Shown piece by piece: positions 31,264 to 40,858 of a stretch of 64,000 nucleotides of DNA (position 1 is its first letter; each line of letters opens with the position of its first letter). Source of the stretch: Candidatus Hydrogenedentota bacterium (lineage in GTDB: Bacteria > Hydrogenedentota > Hydrogenedentia > Hydrogenedentales > SLHB01); contig JAWXCN010000182.1 in the NCBI GenBank assembly GCA_034408725.1, positions 41,443 to 105,442 of the forward strand, given 5' to 3'. The notes below the pieces were generated by a model. That model was given only the letters and a program-made list of their open reading frames with translations, was not told where the DNA came from and made no database searches. The position numbers were made by a program, and so were the translations under genes.

Positions 31264-31315
31264 AAAATCCAATGGGGGAGGGTCCTGCTTTTTTTGCTGA
31301 ACCGGAGGATTTGTT

Positions 31316-32215
31316 ATGCGGTTAAACGCTGCGCTTGTAGCAATTGTTTCGAGTATCGTGACCGCTCCGATCACTGTTGCAGCGGAGAGTCCGCCGGAAG
31401 TTCTGCGTGTGGCATCAGTCCAGATGGAAGTTACGGCCGACCTCGAGCGAAATCGGGACCGCATTTTCAAAGGCATCGAAAGCGCGGCATTGGACGGCGC
31501 GCGGATGGTTGTTTTTCCTGAAACGGTTTTGTCGGGATTCGACAGTGACACAGTCTCGAAGATTGACTGGGACAAACTCGAAGCGGGCATGGCGGAAATC
31601 GCGAAGCACGCGGCAGCGAACAAAGTTTACGTGCTCTACGGCACGGCGACGCGGTCCGGTCTTGAGAAACCGTTTAACTCAGCGGTGTTGATTGGGCCGA
31701 ACGGTGAAGAAATCACGCGGTATCACAAGATGGCGCCGGAGGGCCACTTTCAACCCGGCGATCATCTGGCGCTATTCGAGATTGACGGGATTCCGGCGAC
31801 GGTGATTATTTGCCATGACGAACGTTTTCCCGAACTGGTGCGTTTACCCGTCCTGGCTGGCGCGCAAATCTGCTTCTATATCAGTTACGAGATTAATTCC
31901 CTGCCGGACGCATTGCGAAAAATGGACGGATATCGCGCGCAATTGATCGCGCGCGCCGTCGAGAACGGCATCTGGGTTGTTCAAAGCAACGGCGTGGGCC
32001 CGCTCGAAGGGTCATCGTCTGTAAGCCTTGGCCAAAGCCGCATCATTGATCCGGGCGGAACGGTGGTTTCCGAACTCCCCGCGCTGAAAGACGACATGAT
32101 GGCGCATGACATCCGGCCCGCCGCGGCGCATCGGCGGAACGGGCTGGAAAGCCTCGAATTGCATCCCCTTAAAGAGTGGTGGGAGGACGGCCTTAAAAAA
32201 GTCCAACGACCCTGA
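31316..32215 (+). CDS. Carbon-nitrogen hydrolase (nitrilase family) with signal peptide
   Basis: E-K-C triad in FPE, YHK and ICHD; 'RAVEN'. Confidence 0.9.
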   Translation: MRLNAALVAIVSSIVTAPITVAAESPPEVLRVASVQMEVTADLERNRDRIFKGIESAALDGARMVVFPETVLSGFDSDTVSKIDWDKLEAGMAEIAKHAAANKVYVLYGTATRSGLEKPFNSAVLIGPNGEEITRYHKMAPEGHFQPGDHLALFEIDGIPATVIICHDERFPELVRLPVLAGAQICFYISYEINSLPDALRKMDGYRAQLIARAVENGIWVVQSNGVGPLEGSSSVSLGQSRIIDPGGTVVSELPALKDDMMAHDIRPAAAHRRNGLESLELHPLKEWWEDGLKKVQRP

Positions 32216-32225
32216 ATTGTTCCTT

Positions 32226-33455
32226 TTACTTTGACCAAGTTGCGACCGTATTTTCGCGCAAGGCCCGGTTTGCCAGATGCGCCGCTCCCGCAGCATGCAC
32301 TCCAGCTTCGACTGGCGCATTGGGAGTTTTGCGGGACCGGATGCATTCCAGCCAATTGTTCAGATGGAGAAGTTCGCCGTCGGGCGCATCGTAGAAGTCC
32401 TGGCCGCGGGCTCCCGTACCGAGCACTAGTTCCTTATAGGCGACCTTTTTCTCGTATTCCGGATGCACTTCGTATCGGCCGCGATCACAGTAGAGTGTGG
32501 CGTCCGATCCCATAAATTCGAGCATCGCGGCGTTGCGGGCGTTGTAGAACGTGCCCTCGAAATAGACCTGCATCTCCGGTTCCGCGTATTGCATCAGCGT
32601 TTGTACCGTGTCAGGCGTTTGCCACTCGTCTTTGGTCTTGGTAAACCAATTGCCGATGCTGGTTGCAGTAGCCGGCTGCTCCATGTTCATAAACCAATGC
32701 GCTACGTCTATGAAATGGACCATGAGGTCGGTGAAGACGCCACCACCGAAGTCCCAATAGAACCGCCAGTTCCTGAACCGGTATTCGTCAAATGGCTGGT
32801 CTGGCGCATCGCCGAGAAAGGCATTCCAATCGACGCTTTCCGGCGGGATGTTGTACTTGGCCCGCGCCGACCGGTCCATATTGCGGTTCCACGTTAGATG
32901 AATTTTTCGCACATCGCCCAACTGGCCGGATTGAATGATCTCCCTGGCTTCGATCAGTTGCGGCATGCTGCGCTGCTGCATCCCGACCTGGACAACGCGA
33001 TTGGAACTTTTTTGCGCGTCGATCACCGCCTGGCCTTCCGCGAGGTCATGCGTCAATGGTTTTTCGACGTAGACGTCTTTGCCCGCGGCGCAGGCCGCAA
33101 TGGTGATCGGCACATGCTGATGGTCTGGTGTCGCGATCAACACAGCATCGATATCGTCACGTGCCAAAACTTCTTCGTAATGCTTCGTAGCGAACGCATC
33201 CGGTTCGGCGAAAGCTTTGCCTCGTTCGAGGTTTGCATCCCATACATCACAGACAGCGGAAATCCGGACACCCGGTATAGACTTCAGCGGCTTGACAAGT
33301 TGGCCGCAACGTCCTCCCGTGCCAATGCAGCCTATGCGAATCGTCTCGTTCGCCGGCAAACCAGCGGCCGTCGCCTGGTACCCGCCGAGCAGCAAGCCTG
33401 CCGTGCCGATGCCGAGACGTTCGAGAAACTCTCGCCGCTCAAACTCATTCGTCAT
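32226..33455 (-). CDS. Gfo/Idh/MocA oxidoreductase, Tat-exported
   Basis: RREFL; IGCIGTGGR; ATPDHQH; YVEKP; VGMQQRS. Confidence 0.92.
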   Translation of the reverse strand: MTNEFERREFLERLGIGTAGLLLGGYQATAAGLPANETIRIGCIGTGGRCGQLVKPLKSIPGVRISAVCDVWDANLERGKAFAEPDAFATKHYEEVLARDDIDAVLIATPDHQHVPITIAACAAGKDVYVEKPLTHDLAEGQAVIDAQKSSNRVVQVGMQQRSMPQLIEAREIIQSGQLGDVRKIHLTWNRNMDRSARAKYNIPPESVDWNAFLGDAPDQPFDEYRFRNWRFYWDFGGGVFTDLMVHFIDVAHWFMNMEQPATATSIGNWFTKTKDEWQTPDTVQTLMQYAEPEMQVYFEGTFYNARNAAMLEFMGSDATLYCDRGRYEVHPEYEKKVAYKELVLGTGARGQDFYDAPDGELLHLNNWLECIRSRKTPNAPVEAGVHAAGAAHLANRALRENTVATWSK

Positions 33456-33720
33456 GAATTTCTCCCCGTAGTTGCTTTGCCGAGTTTCCCTGCATGCCTG
33501 ACAAAGTAACGTTTGCAAAGTAGAGACAAAGGGCGAAGCGTGTCGGTTTTTATACTACACGGCGGACCGTACAGAATCCTACGGCTATGTGGGGATGCCG
33601 CCGACAGCAAAGAGCACGCACACCCGGTAGACTCCTAGTGTAAGCATTGTGTCGTGGGATAAGGGTTTTCCGGTCTCGCAATGCAGTTCGAACGACATGA
33701 CCAACAAAGGAGATTAACCG

Positions 33721-34539
33721 ATGATAAATCTTAAACGCCCAGCATACATGGGCATGGCAATGGCGCTTGCAGTGATGGGTGCGGTAACGGCATTAGCCCA
33801 AGATAATGCCAAAACCGCGGAGGATTTCGTTACTACCGCGCGCATTGAAACAATTTTTCTGATGAATGGTGATTTGAATCCTTTCAAGATCAACACCACT
33901 ACTAAGGGCGGTGTCGTTATCATGACTGGTGTCGTCCGAGAGCAGGCCGATAAGGATTTGGCTGGTCGGCTGGCGAAATCGGTGAAGGGCGTGACTTCCG
34001 TCAACAATGAACTTACCGTGGATCGGTCGGCGCCGGTTGTGGAAGAAAACAGGGAATGGCGCACCCAGGTTGACGACGCCAATTTGAATGCGCGCATCCA
34101 TCGCCGGCTCGCCTATAACGCGAGTCTCAAAGACACCATGGTGAATGTCGATGTCACTGGTAGCAAGGTTGTCGTAAGTGGCACAGTCGAATCGGAAGCA
34201 AAGAAAAACGAGATAGTGCGCATCATTGATGACACCTCTGGCGTCGCGGCGGTCGAATCCAATCTGGAAGTAAAAGCTCCCGGCGAGACAAAGCCTGTCA
34301 AAGAAACCACGGACGACGCGATCCAAACCGTTTCAGATGAATGGGTCGAGAAAATGGTCGAATCATCGATCATGTGGGATGACAACATCAGCATCCGGAA
34401 TATCGACGTCGAAGTCGATGGCGGTGTGTGCAAGTTGAGCGGTTCCGTCATTTCCGAAGCCCAGAAAAGCGTGGCGGAAAACATCGCCAAGAACACCGAC
34501 GGAGTGAAGTCGGTCACGAACAATATCGAAGTTGTATAA
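33721..34539 (+). CDS. BON-domain (OsmY-like) periplasmic protein, three BON domains
   Basis: AAGGAG RBS; signal peptide; repeats V.GV.SV.N.L. Confidence 0.9.
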   Translation: MINLKRPAYMGMAMALAVMGAVTALAQDNAKTAEDFVTTARIETIFLMNGDLNPFKINTTTKGGVVIMTGVVREQADKDLAGRLAKSVKGVTSVNNELTVDRSAPVVEENREWRTQVDDANLNARIHRRLAYNASLKDTMVNVDVTGSKVVVSGTVESEAKKNEIVRIIDDTSGVAAVESNLEVKAPGETKPVKETTDDAIQTVSDEWVEKMVESSIMWDDNISIRNIDVEVDGGVCKLSGSVISEAQKSVAENIAKNTDGVKSVTNNIEVV

Positions 34540-34596
34540 GAGCTATACGTTGCTTGGGCTTCCGGACTTTCTATGACACCCAAGTAACTGCGGATA

Positions 34597-34635
34597 GGGC
34601 CGTTCCTCGTAGAAAAGGAACGGCCCGAATTTTTG
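34597..34635 (+). terminator. Terminator between convergent genes
   Basis: GGGCCGTTCCT-loop-AGGAACGGCCC then T-run. Confidence 0.75.
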
Positions 34636-34684
34636 AATAAAGGGCCCGCACGCCAAGCGCGCATCTGGGCCTATTGTATTGGGT

Positions 34685-35032
34685 TTAGTTAACCACTATC
34701 TTCCGCGGCTTGACCAGCTCGGATTTGTGCAACGTCACCGTCAATACGCCGTCCTTCATCTCTGCTTCGACGCGGCTCGGGTCGATCGCATTGCTCAATG
34801 CGAACACCCGCCGGTAATCCGCGGGCGCGCGTTCGCGCATGATAAAGTGACCTTCACGGTGGCCGTTGCCCCGTTTACCGACCAGTGTGAGTTCGCCTTC
34901 CTTCACTTCGAGTGCAAGATTACCCTTGTCAACACCGGGAAGTTCCGCTTCGATAAGCACCCGATCAACGTCTTCTACAACGTTGACGCGAGGAACAATG
35001 TACCGGGAAGCAGTTTCTGGTGTGCTTGTCAT
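34685..35032 (-). CDS. Hsp20/alpha-crystallin small heat-shock protein
   Basis: 'AELPGV', 'A.MKDGVL.VTL.K', 'PRKI.V'. Confidence 0.93.
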   Translation of the reverse strand: MTSTPETASRYIVPRVNVVEDVDRVLIEAELPGVDKGNLALEVKEGELTLVGKRGNGHREGHFIMRERAPADYRRVFALSNAIDPSRVEAEMKDGVLTVTLHKSELVKPRKIVVN

Positions 35033-35124
35033 TGTGGGGGGGGCTCCTATTTTTTGTGAGTGTGTCAGCCGTGCTGCTGCGCCTTCTGTTCCTGGTAGGC
35101 AACAACGAGGCGTAATTCTCCAAG

Positions 35125-35141
35125 AGCAACCCCGATGCCAA
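35125..35141 (-). promoter_or_regulatory. Sigma54 promoter of the Hsp20 gene
   Basis: Minus strand TTGGCATCGGGGTTGCT = GG-N10-GC. Confidence 0.75.
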
Positions 35142-35373
35142 TGGCGTGGATTTTCAAATAACCTATTGCAAATACTGCACTTGATTCGAACCGGCTCGAG
35201 GGGATTCGACTTTTATGATTTGCGATGCGTTCACTTTTCAGACCCCGTTGTTGCGAAACGAAACAGCGATTCTCAGCGGCGAATGCCGTTGACAGAATTC
35301 ATATTGCGGTTTACGATTAACCTTTCTTCTGTGTGGCGTCCCGGTGCACCTGTCTATTTCGGAGGTCCTTGCC

Positions 35374-36495
35374 ATGCGGTTCGAGCGTATCTCTCGGGTT
35401 GTACTATCGTTCTTCTGCGTTTCCGCTATTGCCGAGGCCGGCACGGTCTTCGACGGAGGGGCGCCAAAGATCATCGTCTTCACTTCCGGGGGCGTTCAAT
35501 TGGGAACGGCTTCCATTGGTTTGCCCATCGAAGAGAATCTGGCCGGGCCCGCGGAATTTGACGTCTTTATTGACATCAATCGCGATGGCACATTCGCGGC
35601 CGATGAGCAGGCTGTTGTCAGTGAATTGTCATATTCCGAAGGGAGCGTCCTTACGGTGTTTCCCATTCAGTTTGAAAAGAAGCGCTTCTTGAAAAAGCTG
35701 TTGCGTGATGCGCGCAGCCGTATTCCAGTCCGAGTCATCGTTTCTGATTTTGCGGGCATGGAAGACGAGAACGACTTTCGCGGCAAGCGGGTGGAATGGG
35801 ACATCGGCGAGGCTTTCAGCTACGAACCCGGATTCATCGGGGGAATTCCGTCTTCCATCGTCGCCGGTAACGCTTTACTTGCAGGCGGCAATCTAAAGGC
35901 CGACGAGAAGATTTTCAATGATAAAGTTCCGGACCTGCCTCCGCGCGCGGGAAAGAAAAATGAGTGCGTGCCTATCGCATCGGCAAATTCATTGTTGTGG
36001 TTGGCGGCTAAACATAACTTCATGGCGGACATGCCGGCAACGACGACGGATTTGCTAAACGAGCTGGATTCGGACATGCAACATTCGAATCAGGGTGTCG
36101 CTCCCGCAAATTTCCTGCCCGGAAAAATCGAGTTCACGAATCGCCACATGCTCTTTCTCGACAACAAGAAAATTGATGCGGTCGTCACCGATGGATTGAG
36201 CGACATGTGGGACAAGATTCTCGCGGAACTCAAGGCGGGTGAGGACGTCGAACTGGTCATTGATTTTAAGACAAGTCCGAGCGGCGCGGTAACGGCGAGC
36301 CATGCGGTCACCGTAGTCGGGGCGCACAGCGTGGGAAACAGGAAATGGATCACCATTCATGATCCGATTACGCCAAAGGGTAACGACACGTACAAGGTGG
36401 AGCGGAATGGGCAAATCACCGGTCATCCGCTCGGCAAGGGTTTCGGCACGTTCATCATTTCGGAATCCTACGTTCGCACAAAATTTCGGCGTTGA
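35374..36495 (+). CDS. Secreted papain-fold (C39-like) cysteine peptidase candidate
   Basis: GGAGG RBS; signal peptide; NECVPIASANSL.WL, SHAVTVVG, ITIHDP. Confidence 0.65.
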   Translation: MRFERISRVVLSFFCVSAIAEAGTVFDGGAPKIIVFTSGGVQLGTASIGLPIEENLAGPAEFDVFIDINRDGTFAADEQAVVSELSYSEGSVLTVFPIQFEKKRFLKKLLRDARSRIPVRVIVSDFAGMEDENDFRGKRVEWDIGEAFSYEPGFIGGIPSSIVAGNALLAGGNLKADEKIFNDKVPDLPPRAGKKNECVPIASANSLLWLAAKHNFMADMPATTTDLLNELDSDMQHSNQGVAPANFLPGKIEFTNRHMLFLDNKKIDAVVTDGLSDMWDKILAELKAGEDVELVIDFKTSPSGAVTASHAVTVVGAHSVGNRKWITIHDPITPKGNDTYKVERNGQITGHPLGKGFGTFIISESYVRTKFRR

Positions 36496-36506
36496 TGATC
36501 CACCTT

Positions 36507-37406
36507 CTAAGTTTCGCCAGATAGGACCTTGCGCGCTTCGTCAAGTTCGGCGCGCTGTTCGTTCGTGATCGTTGGAAACGCAAGATCGAGTGACTCGAGC
36601 GCGTCTATGATGGCGTGAGAAACTACAAGCCGCGTGTACCATTTGTGATCAGCGGGAACGACAAGCCAGGGGGCATGATCGGTGGCGGTATGTTGAATCA
36701 TGTCCTCGTATGCCTGCATGTATTCATCCCATCGCGCGCGCTCGTTCACATCACCCAATGAAAACTTCCAGTTCTTCGCGGGGTCGTCGAGCCGGGCCAG
36801 AAAACGCTCTTTTTGTTCTTTCTTCGAGACATGAAGGAAGAACTTGCGAATAATAACGCCGTTTCGGGCGAGATAGCGCTCCATTGCGTTGATGTCCTCG
36901 AAACGCTCCTTCCAAATGCGTTTCGTCACGAGTGTTTCCGGAATGCGTTGCGAAGCAAGTATTCCAGCGTTTACGCGGACCACCAACACTTCTTCGTAGT
37001 ACGAGCGGTTAAAGATGCCGATCCGGCCACGTTCCGGCAGAGCTTTCGTGGTGCGCCAAAGGAAATCATGGTCCAGTTCTTCATGTGAAGGCGCCTTGAA
37101 GGCGCTGACCTGGCAACCTTGAGGGTTCACTCCGGACATTACGTGCTTAATGGTGCCATCTTTTCCCGCGGCGTCCATTGCCTGGAAAATGAGCAGCACG
37201 GACCACCGGTCCTGCGCATACAACTTTTCCTGGAGTTCTGACAAGGTCTTGGTCGAGTCCGCGAGCAGTTCCGCGGCCTCGCTTTTGTGTGAGGATTTGA
37301 AGGGTCCCGTATCGTCCGGATCGATATCCGAGAGTTGGAACTTTTCACCGTCGGAAATACAATACTTTTCGGTTACCTGCTTCTTCAGCAGTTTTCCATT
37401 GCCCAT
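36507..37406 (-). CDS. ppk2: Polyphosphate kinase 2 family protein
   Basis: QAMDAAGKDG, FKAPS, IFNRSYYEEVL, PADHKW. Confidence 0.95.
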   Translation of the reverse strand: MGNGKLLKKQVTEKYCISDGEKFQLSDIDPDDTGPFKSSHKSEAAELLADSTKTLSELQEKLYAQDRWSVLLIFQAMDAAGKDGTIKHVMSGVNPQGCQVSAFKAPSHEELDHDFLWRTTKALPERGRIGIFNRSYYEEVLVVRVNAGILASQRIPETLVTKRIWKERFEDINAMERYLARNGVIIRKFFLHVSKKEQKERFLARLDDPAKNWKFSLGDVNERARWDEYMQAYEDMIQHTATDHAPWLVVPADHKWYTRLVVSHAIIDALESLDLAFPTITNEQRAELDEARKVLSGET

Positions 37407-37464
37407 TGCTCGTCACCTCCCCGTCGTATGGCCGCGGAACACTGTACCAATCCGGTTGCTGGGG

Positions 37465-37522
37465 TTGACAACGGGCCGATAATCGACTATACTAATAGTC
37501 ACAAGGTCAAGCTTATAGTCAC
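37465..37522 (+). promoter_or_regulatory. Sigma70 promoter with overlapping BlaI-type operator
   Basis: TTGACA-N17-TATACT; palindrome GACTAT-acta-ATAGTC (37485-37500); ATAGTCAC repeated at 37495 and 37515. Confidence 0.8.
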
Positions 37523-37537
37523 TACGAGGAGTTGCGC

Positions 37538-37936
37538 GTGCGCCACGATATTCTCGACGACTTGTCGAAACTCGAACTCGATGTTATGGACACCGTATGG
37601 AGCCTTGGCGAGTGTTCCACCGCAGACGTCATTGGTGCATATCAAAGCAAACGCACGCTCGCGGACACCACCATAAAGACCGTACTGTCGAATATACGCA
37701 AGAAGGGTTACATAGAACTCGTTCCGACGACGGAACGGGGATATCGTTTCCGGGCAACGGTGAGTAGAGATTCGGTTGCGGGACGCTCGTTGCGCCAGGT
37801 GGTGTCGAAGCTGTTCGGTGGCTCACCGCGGCAGGCAATCCTCCACCTTTTGAACGAGGAACGGATCAGCAAGGACGACATGCGCGAAATTCAACGGATG
37901 CTTGATGAGCATAAGCAGGGAGGGCGAAAGCGATGA
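37538..37936 (+). CDS. BlaI/MecI/CopY family repressor
   Basis: LSKLELDVMDTVW, TTIKTVL...KKGY, LFGGS; GAGGAG RBS. Confidence 0.93.
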   Translation: MRHDILDDLSKLELDVMDTVWSLGECSTADVIGAYQSKRTLADTTIKTVLSNIRKKGYIELVPTTERGYRFRATVSRDSVAGRSLRQVVSKLFGGSPRQAILHLLNEERISKDDMREIQRMLDEHKQGGRKR

Positions 37937-39678
37937 TGGACGCCTGGTTGGACATGGACACGCTTTGGGAGAGACTAGTTTTCGCAAGCATCGAAGTCGC
38001 GGTATTCGCGGCGGTGGTCGCGGGAATTGCAAGGCTCGCCGGTCATCGAGTCCCCCGCGTGATAGCGATAATGTGGTTGCTCGTTCTGGTGAAACCATTG
38101 CTTACTTTGTGCGCCGGTTCACCGATGCCTGTCATACGTTTGGACCTCTCCCCGCCGGAGATAAGTGAAGCCACGCTTATTGATGACATTGGCAGGAGCT
38201 CAGCATTTTCGTCCGCTGGTTCCATCAACGGATTAGTTCACCCGCGCGCATCCGCTTTGAGGTTCGACAAACCGGCATGGCGTCCGGATGTTCAGGAATT
38301 CATCGTGTCCCTATGGCTGCTTGGTGTCTGCGCGGCGGTTTGGCGCATACAGGCGGACAGAAAAAGAGTCTATCGCATAACACATTCCGGATTCAGGCCA
38401 ACGCATGTGATGCGCAGCGTGGTGTCCCGTCTCAGCCAAGACCTCGGAGTACGCCATGTACCGGAGGTCATCATGACGGACCAGCTCCAGACGCCGGCCA
38501 TCGTGGGCTTCCTTTCCCCCGTAATTTTGGTGCCGCGCTGGATTGGAGGCGCCGAGCATGCGCGACTCATCGAGTGGTCGTTGCGCCACGAACTAATGCA
38601 CTGGAAACTCGGCGACACCTTCGCGAACGGCATTCGGCGCATCGTGAGCGCAGCGTTCTTTTTCCATCCCGCGGTTTGGTATGCCGGGCGAAAGTGGGAG
38701 GAGTACGCGGAGCTGGCTTGCGACCGCGCGTTAATCGTGAATGTTGAAGAAGGGCGAGATTACGCGGAGGCACTGTTTAGTTTGTTGCGCGCGGCCCACG
38801 CCCCGGAGTCACGCGCGGCACGGTCTGGATTGTTCGCGGTCAGGACGCAAATTGGCAAACGAATCGCCGCGTTGCTCTCACCCCGGCTTTCGAGTTCGCT
38901 GCGAAGCCGGAAAGTGCTGGCCGCAACGCTGCTTGGTTTTGGCCTGGCGTTCAGCATGGCCGGTCTTGGCACTGATGAGACTTTCGCGGATGCATGGAAA
39001 CACGCGGCCGGTGTAACCGTCTATCGTACGGATCTCGAACTGGACGAATCGCTCGATAACTCGGTCTATTACATTCGCGCGAAGGGCGATTTTCTGGTCA
39101 GAAACGGCATCCTCATAGGACTCACGCCGGGCACAACGGGACGCGTGGAGGAACGTCGCAATGGCGAGACAAGGCGATTCGATATTCACGGAACTGGCTC
39201 AGACGGATTCGAATTCACCGTTCGCCTGAATGGAGCGGAACACGAATTTGATGTAGACGCGCAACAATGGTTGAACCGAACCCTCACGCGGTTTCGGACA
39301 AAAAGCAAGGTCTTAGATGGTTTAAACCAGTTGCAATTGGAAGCGCCTCGATACTCGTCTTTTGAAAAAGGAAAAATACATGATGCGGTCGCGCGAATCA
39401 TTGCGGATGAAGTGAATAGTGCGCGAATCATCACGAGCGAAGCCGACCGTCAGGTCGCCGAAAAGATTTCGGAACGGGTCGCCGATCATTTAACTGAATG
39501 GATTAACGCGCAAGAAGCGCAAGAAATTACCGGGTCATCGGTAGGTCAGATTGGGGAGGAGATACGCAAGTCTATACGAGAAGCTGAAATTGAGATCGTT
39601 ATCGATCCAGCGTTGCGGGAGCGCGTCGAAGAGATTGTGCAGCGGGTTTCTAGGTCCGTGAGCAAAACAGAGTGGTAG
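37933..39678 (+). CDS. BlaR1-like M56 metallopeptidase
   Basis: HELMH, 'FFHPAVW', 'ELACD'; N-terminal TMs; ATGA overlap. Confidence 0.9.
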   Translation: MMDAWLDMDTLWERLVFASIEVAVFAAVVAGIARLAGHRVPRVIAIMWLLVLVKPLLTLCAGSPMPVIRLDLSPPEISEATLIDDIGRSSAFSSAGSINGLVHPRASALRFDKPAWRPDVQEFIVSLWLLGVCAAVWRIQADRKRVYRITHSGFRPTHVMRSVVSRLSQDLGVRHVPEVIMTDQLQTPAIVGFLSPVILVPRWIGGAEHARLIEWSLRHELMHWKLGDTFANGIRRIVSAAFFFHPAVWYAGRKWEEYAELACDRALIVNVEEGRDYAEALFSLLRAAHAPESRAARSGLFAVRTQIGKRIAALLSPRLSSSLRSRKVLAATLLGFGLAFSMAGLGTDETFADAWKHAAGVTVYRTDLELDESLDNSVYYIRAKGDFLVRNGILIGLTPGTTGRVEERRNGETRRFDIHGTGSDGFEFTVRLNGAEHEFDVDAQQWLNRTLTRFRTKSKVLDGLNQLQLEAPRYSSFEKGKIHDAVARIIADEVNSARIITSEADRQVAEKISERVADHLTEWINAQEAQEITGSSVGQIGEEIRKSIREAEIEIVIDPALRERVEEIVQRVSRSVSKTEW

Positions 39679-40790
39679 TTAGATTGACGCAAATACAACG
39701 CATCGGCGCCCTCATCGTGTTTCTCGCCGCGCCAGTGCTCGCGGCTGGACAGGAATGGGTTTCTTCGCGCGGCGCATATCGCGACGCATTGGGCACGTCG
39801 CTTAATAACTACATGCTCGGTATCGAAAACGAAGGATTCTCGGGCGCGTTGTTGGTGGAACGCAATGGAGAGATCGTCATTGCAAGCGGATACGGCTGGT
39901 CACACCGCGAATCGCAACGGATGTTTACGCGGGACACGGTGTTCGACATCGGGTCGATTACCAAGCAATTTACGGCCGCCGGCATTATGAAGCTTCAGGA
40001 AGCCGGAAAACTGGACGCGCAAGACGCGTTGGGCAAATTCTTGCCAAACGTTCCGCCGGATAAGAGATCGATAACACTGCATCACCTGCTCACGCACAGT
40101 TCAGGAATGCGGGACATTTTTGGCGCCGACTATTCCGTTATCAGCCGGGACGACTTTTTGGCGCTCGCATTAGCATCTGAACTGAGATCGGAACCGGGCA
40201 CGCGATACCGGTATTCTAACGCCGGATATAGCGTCCTTGGCGCGGTGATCGAAATCGTGTCCGGTGAGCCGTACGAACAGTTCCTATTCAAACAGCTCTT
40301 TGAACCTTCGGGCATGCTGGCGACCGGATACAAAATTCCTGCACGGGATCGAGAAAACATTGTGCATCTTTATGAAGACGGCAAGGACTGGGGCACGATG
40401 CTCGATCATGCGTGGTTGCCGGATGGCCCTGGCTGGCACCTACGCTGCAATGGCGGAATTCTGTCAACACTCGAAGACCTGCGGAAGTGGCACCATGCTC
40501 TCTTGGACAATTCCGTACTGACCGGGGCTTCGGCTGAATTGATGTTTGGGAATCATGTGCGCGAAATGCCGGACCGGGAGGTCTACTACGGATACGGCTG
40601 GTCAGTCCTGGACACGCCTCGGGGTACACGCCTCATTACCCACAATGGAGGGAACGGGCTTTTCACAACCGACTTTCGCCGCTACATGGACGAGAACACG
40701 CTAGTCCTTATGACATCAAGCGTGGCGGAACGGAATCTTGAAAAGTATGAAAAAAAGATGCTTGAAATCGTTTTCCCCCCGGCGAAGTGA
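39672..40790 (+). CDS. Serine hydrolase, beta-lactamase (class C-like) family
   Basis: GSITKQF, LLTHSSG, YSNAGY, HNGG. Confidence 0.92.
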   Translation: MVVRLTQIQRIGALIVFLAAPVLAAGQEWVSSRGAYRDALGTSLNNYMLGIENEGFSGALLVERNGEIVIASGYGWSHRESQRMFTRDTVFDIGSITKQFTAAGIMKLQEAGKLDAQDALGKFLPNVPPDKRSITLHHLLTHSSGMRDIFGADYSVISRDDFLALALASELRSEPGTRYRYSNAGYSVLGAVIEIVSGEPYEQFLFKQLFEPSGMLATGYKIPARDRENIVHLYEDGKDWGTMLDHAWLPDGPGWHLRCNGGILSTLEDLRKWHHALLDNSVLTGASAELMFGNHVREMPDREVYYGYGWSVLDTPRGTRLITHNGGNGLFTTDFRRYMDENTLVLMTSSVAERNLEKYEKKMLEIVFPPAK

Positions 40791-40858
40791 CACTCCTTGC
40801 AATACCCGCGCGTCCATGCGACCATAATGCTCCATCAACCTGTTGAGGAGGCTGGACC

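Noticed and set aside
35183-35210. tRNA-like GGTTCGAATC on the minus strand
   Set aside because: No cloverleaf or acceptor stem could be built
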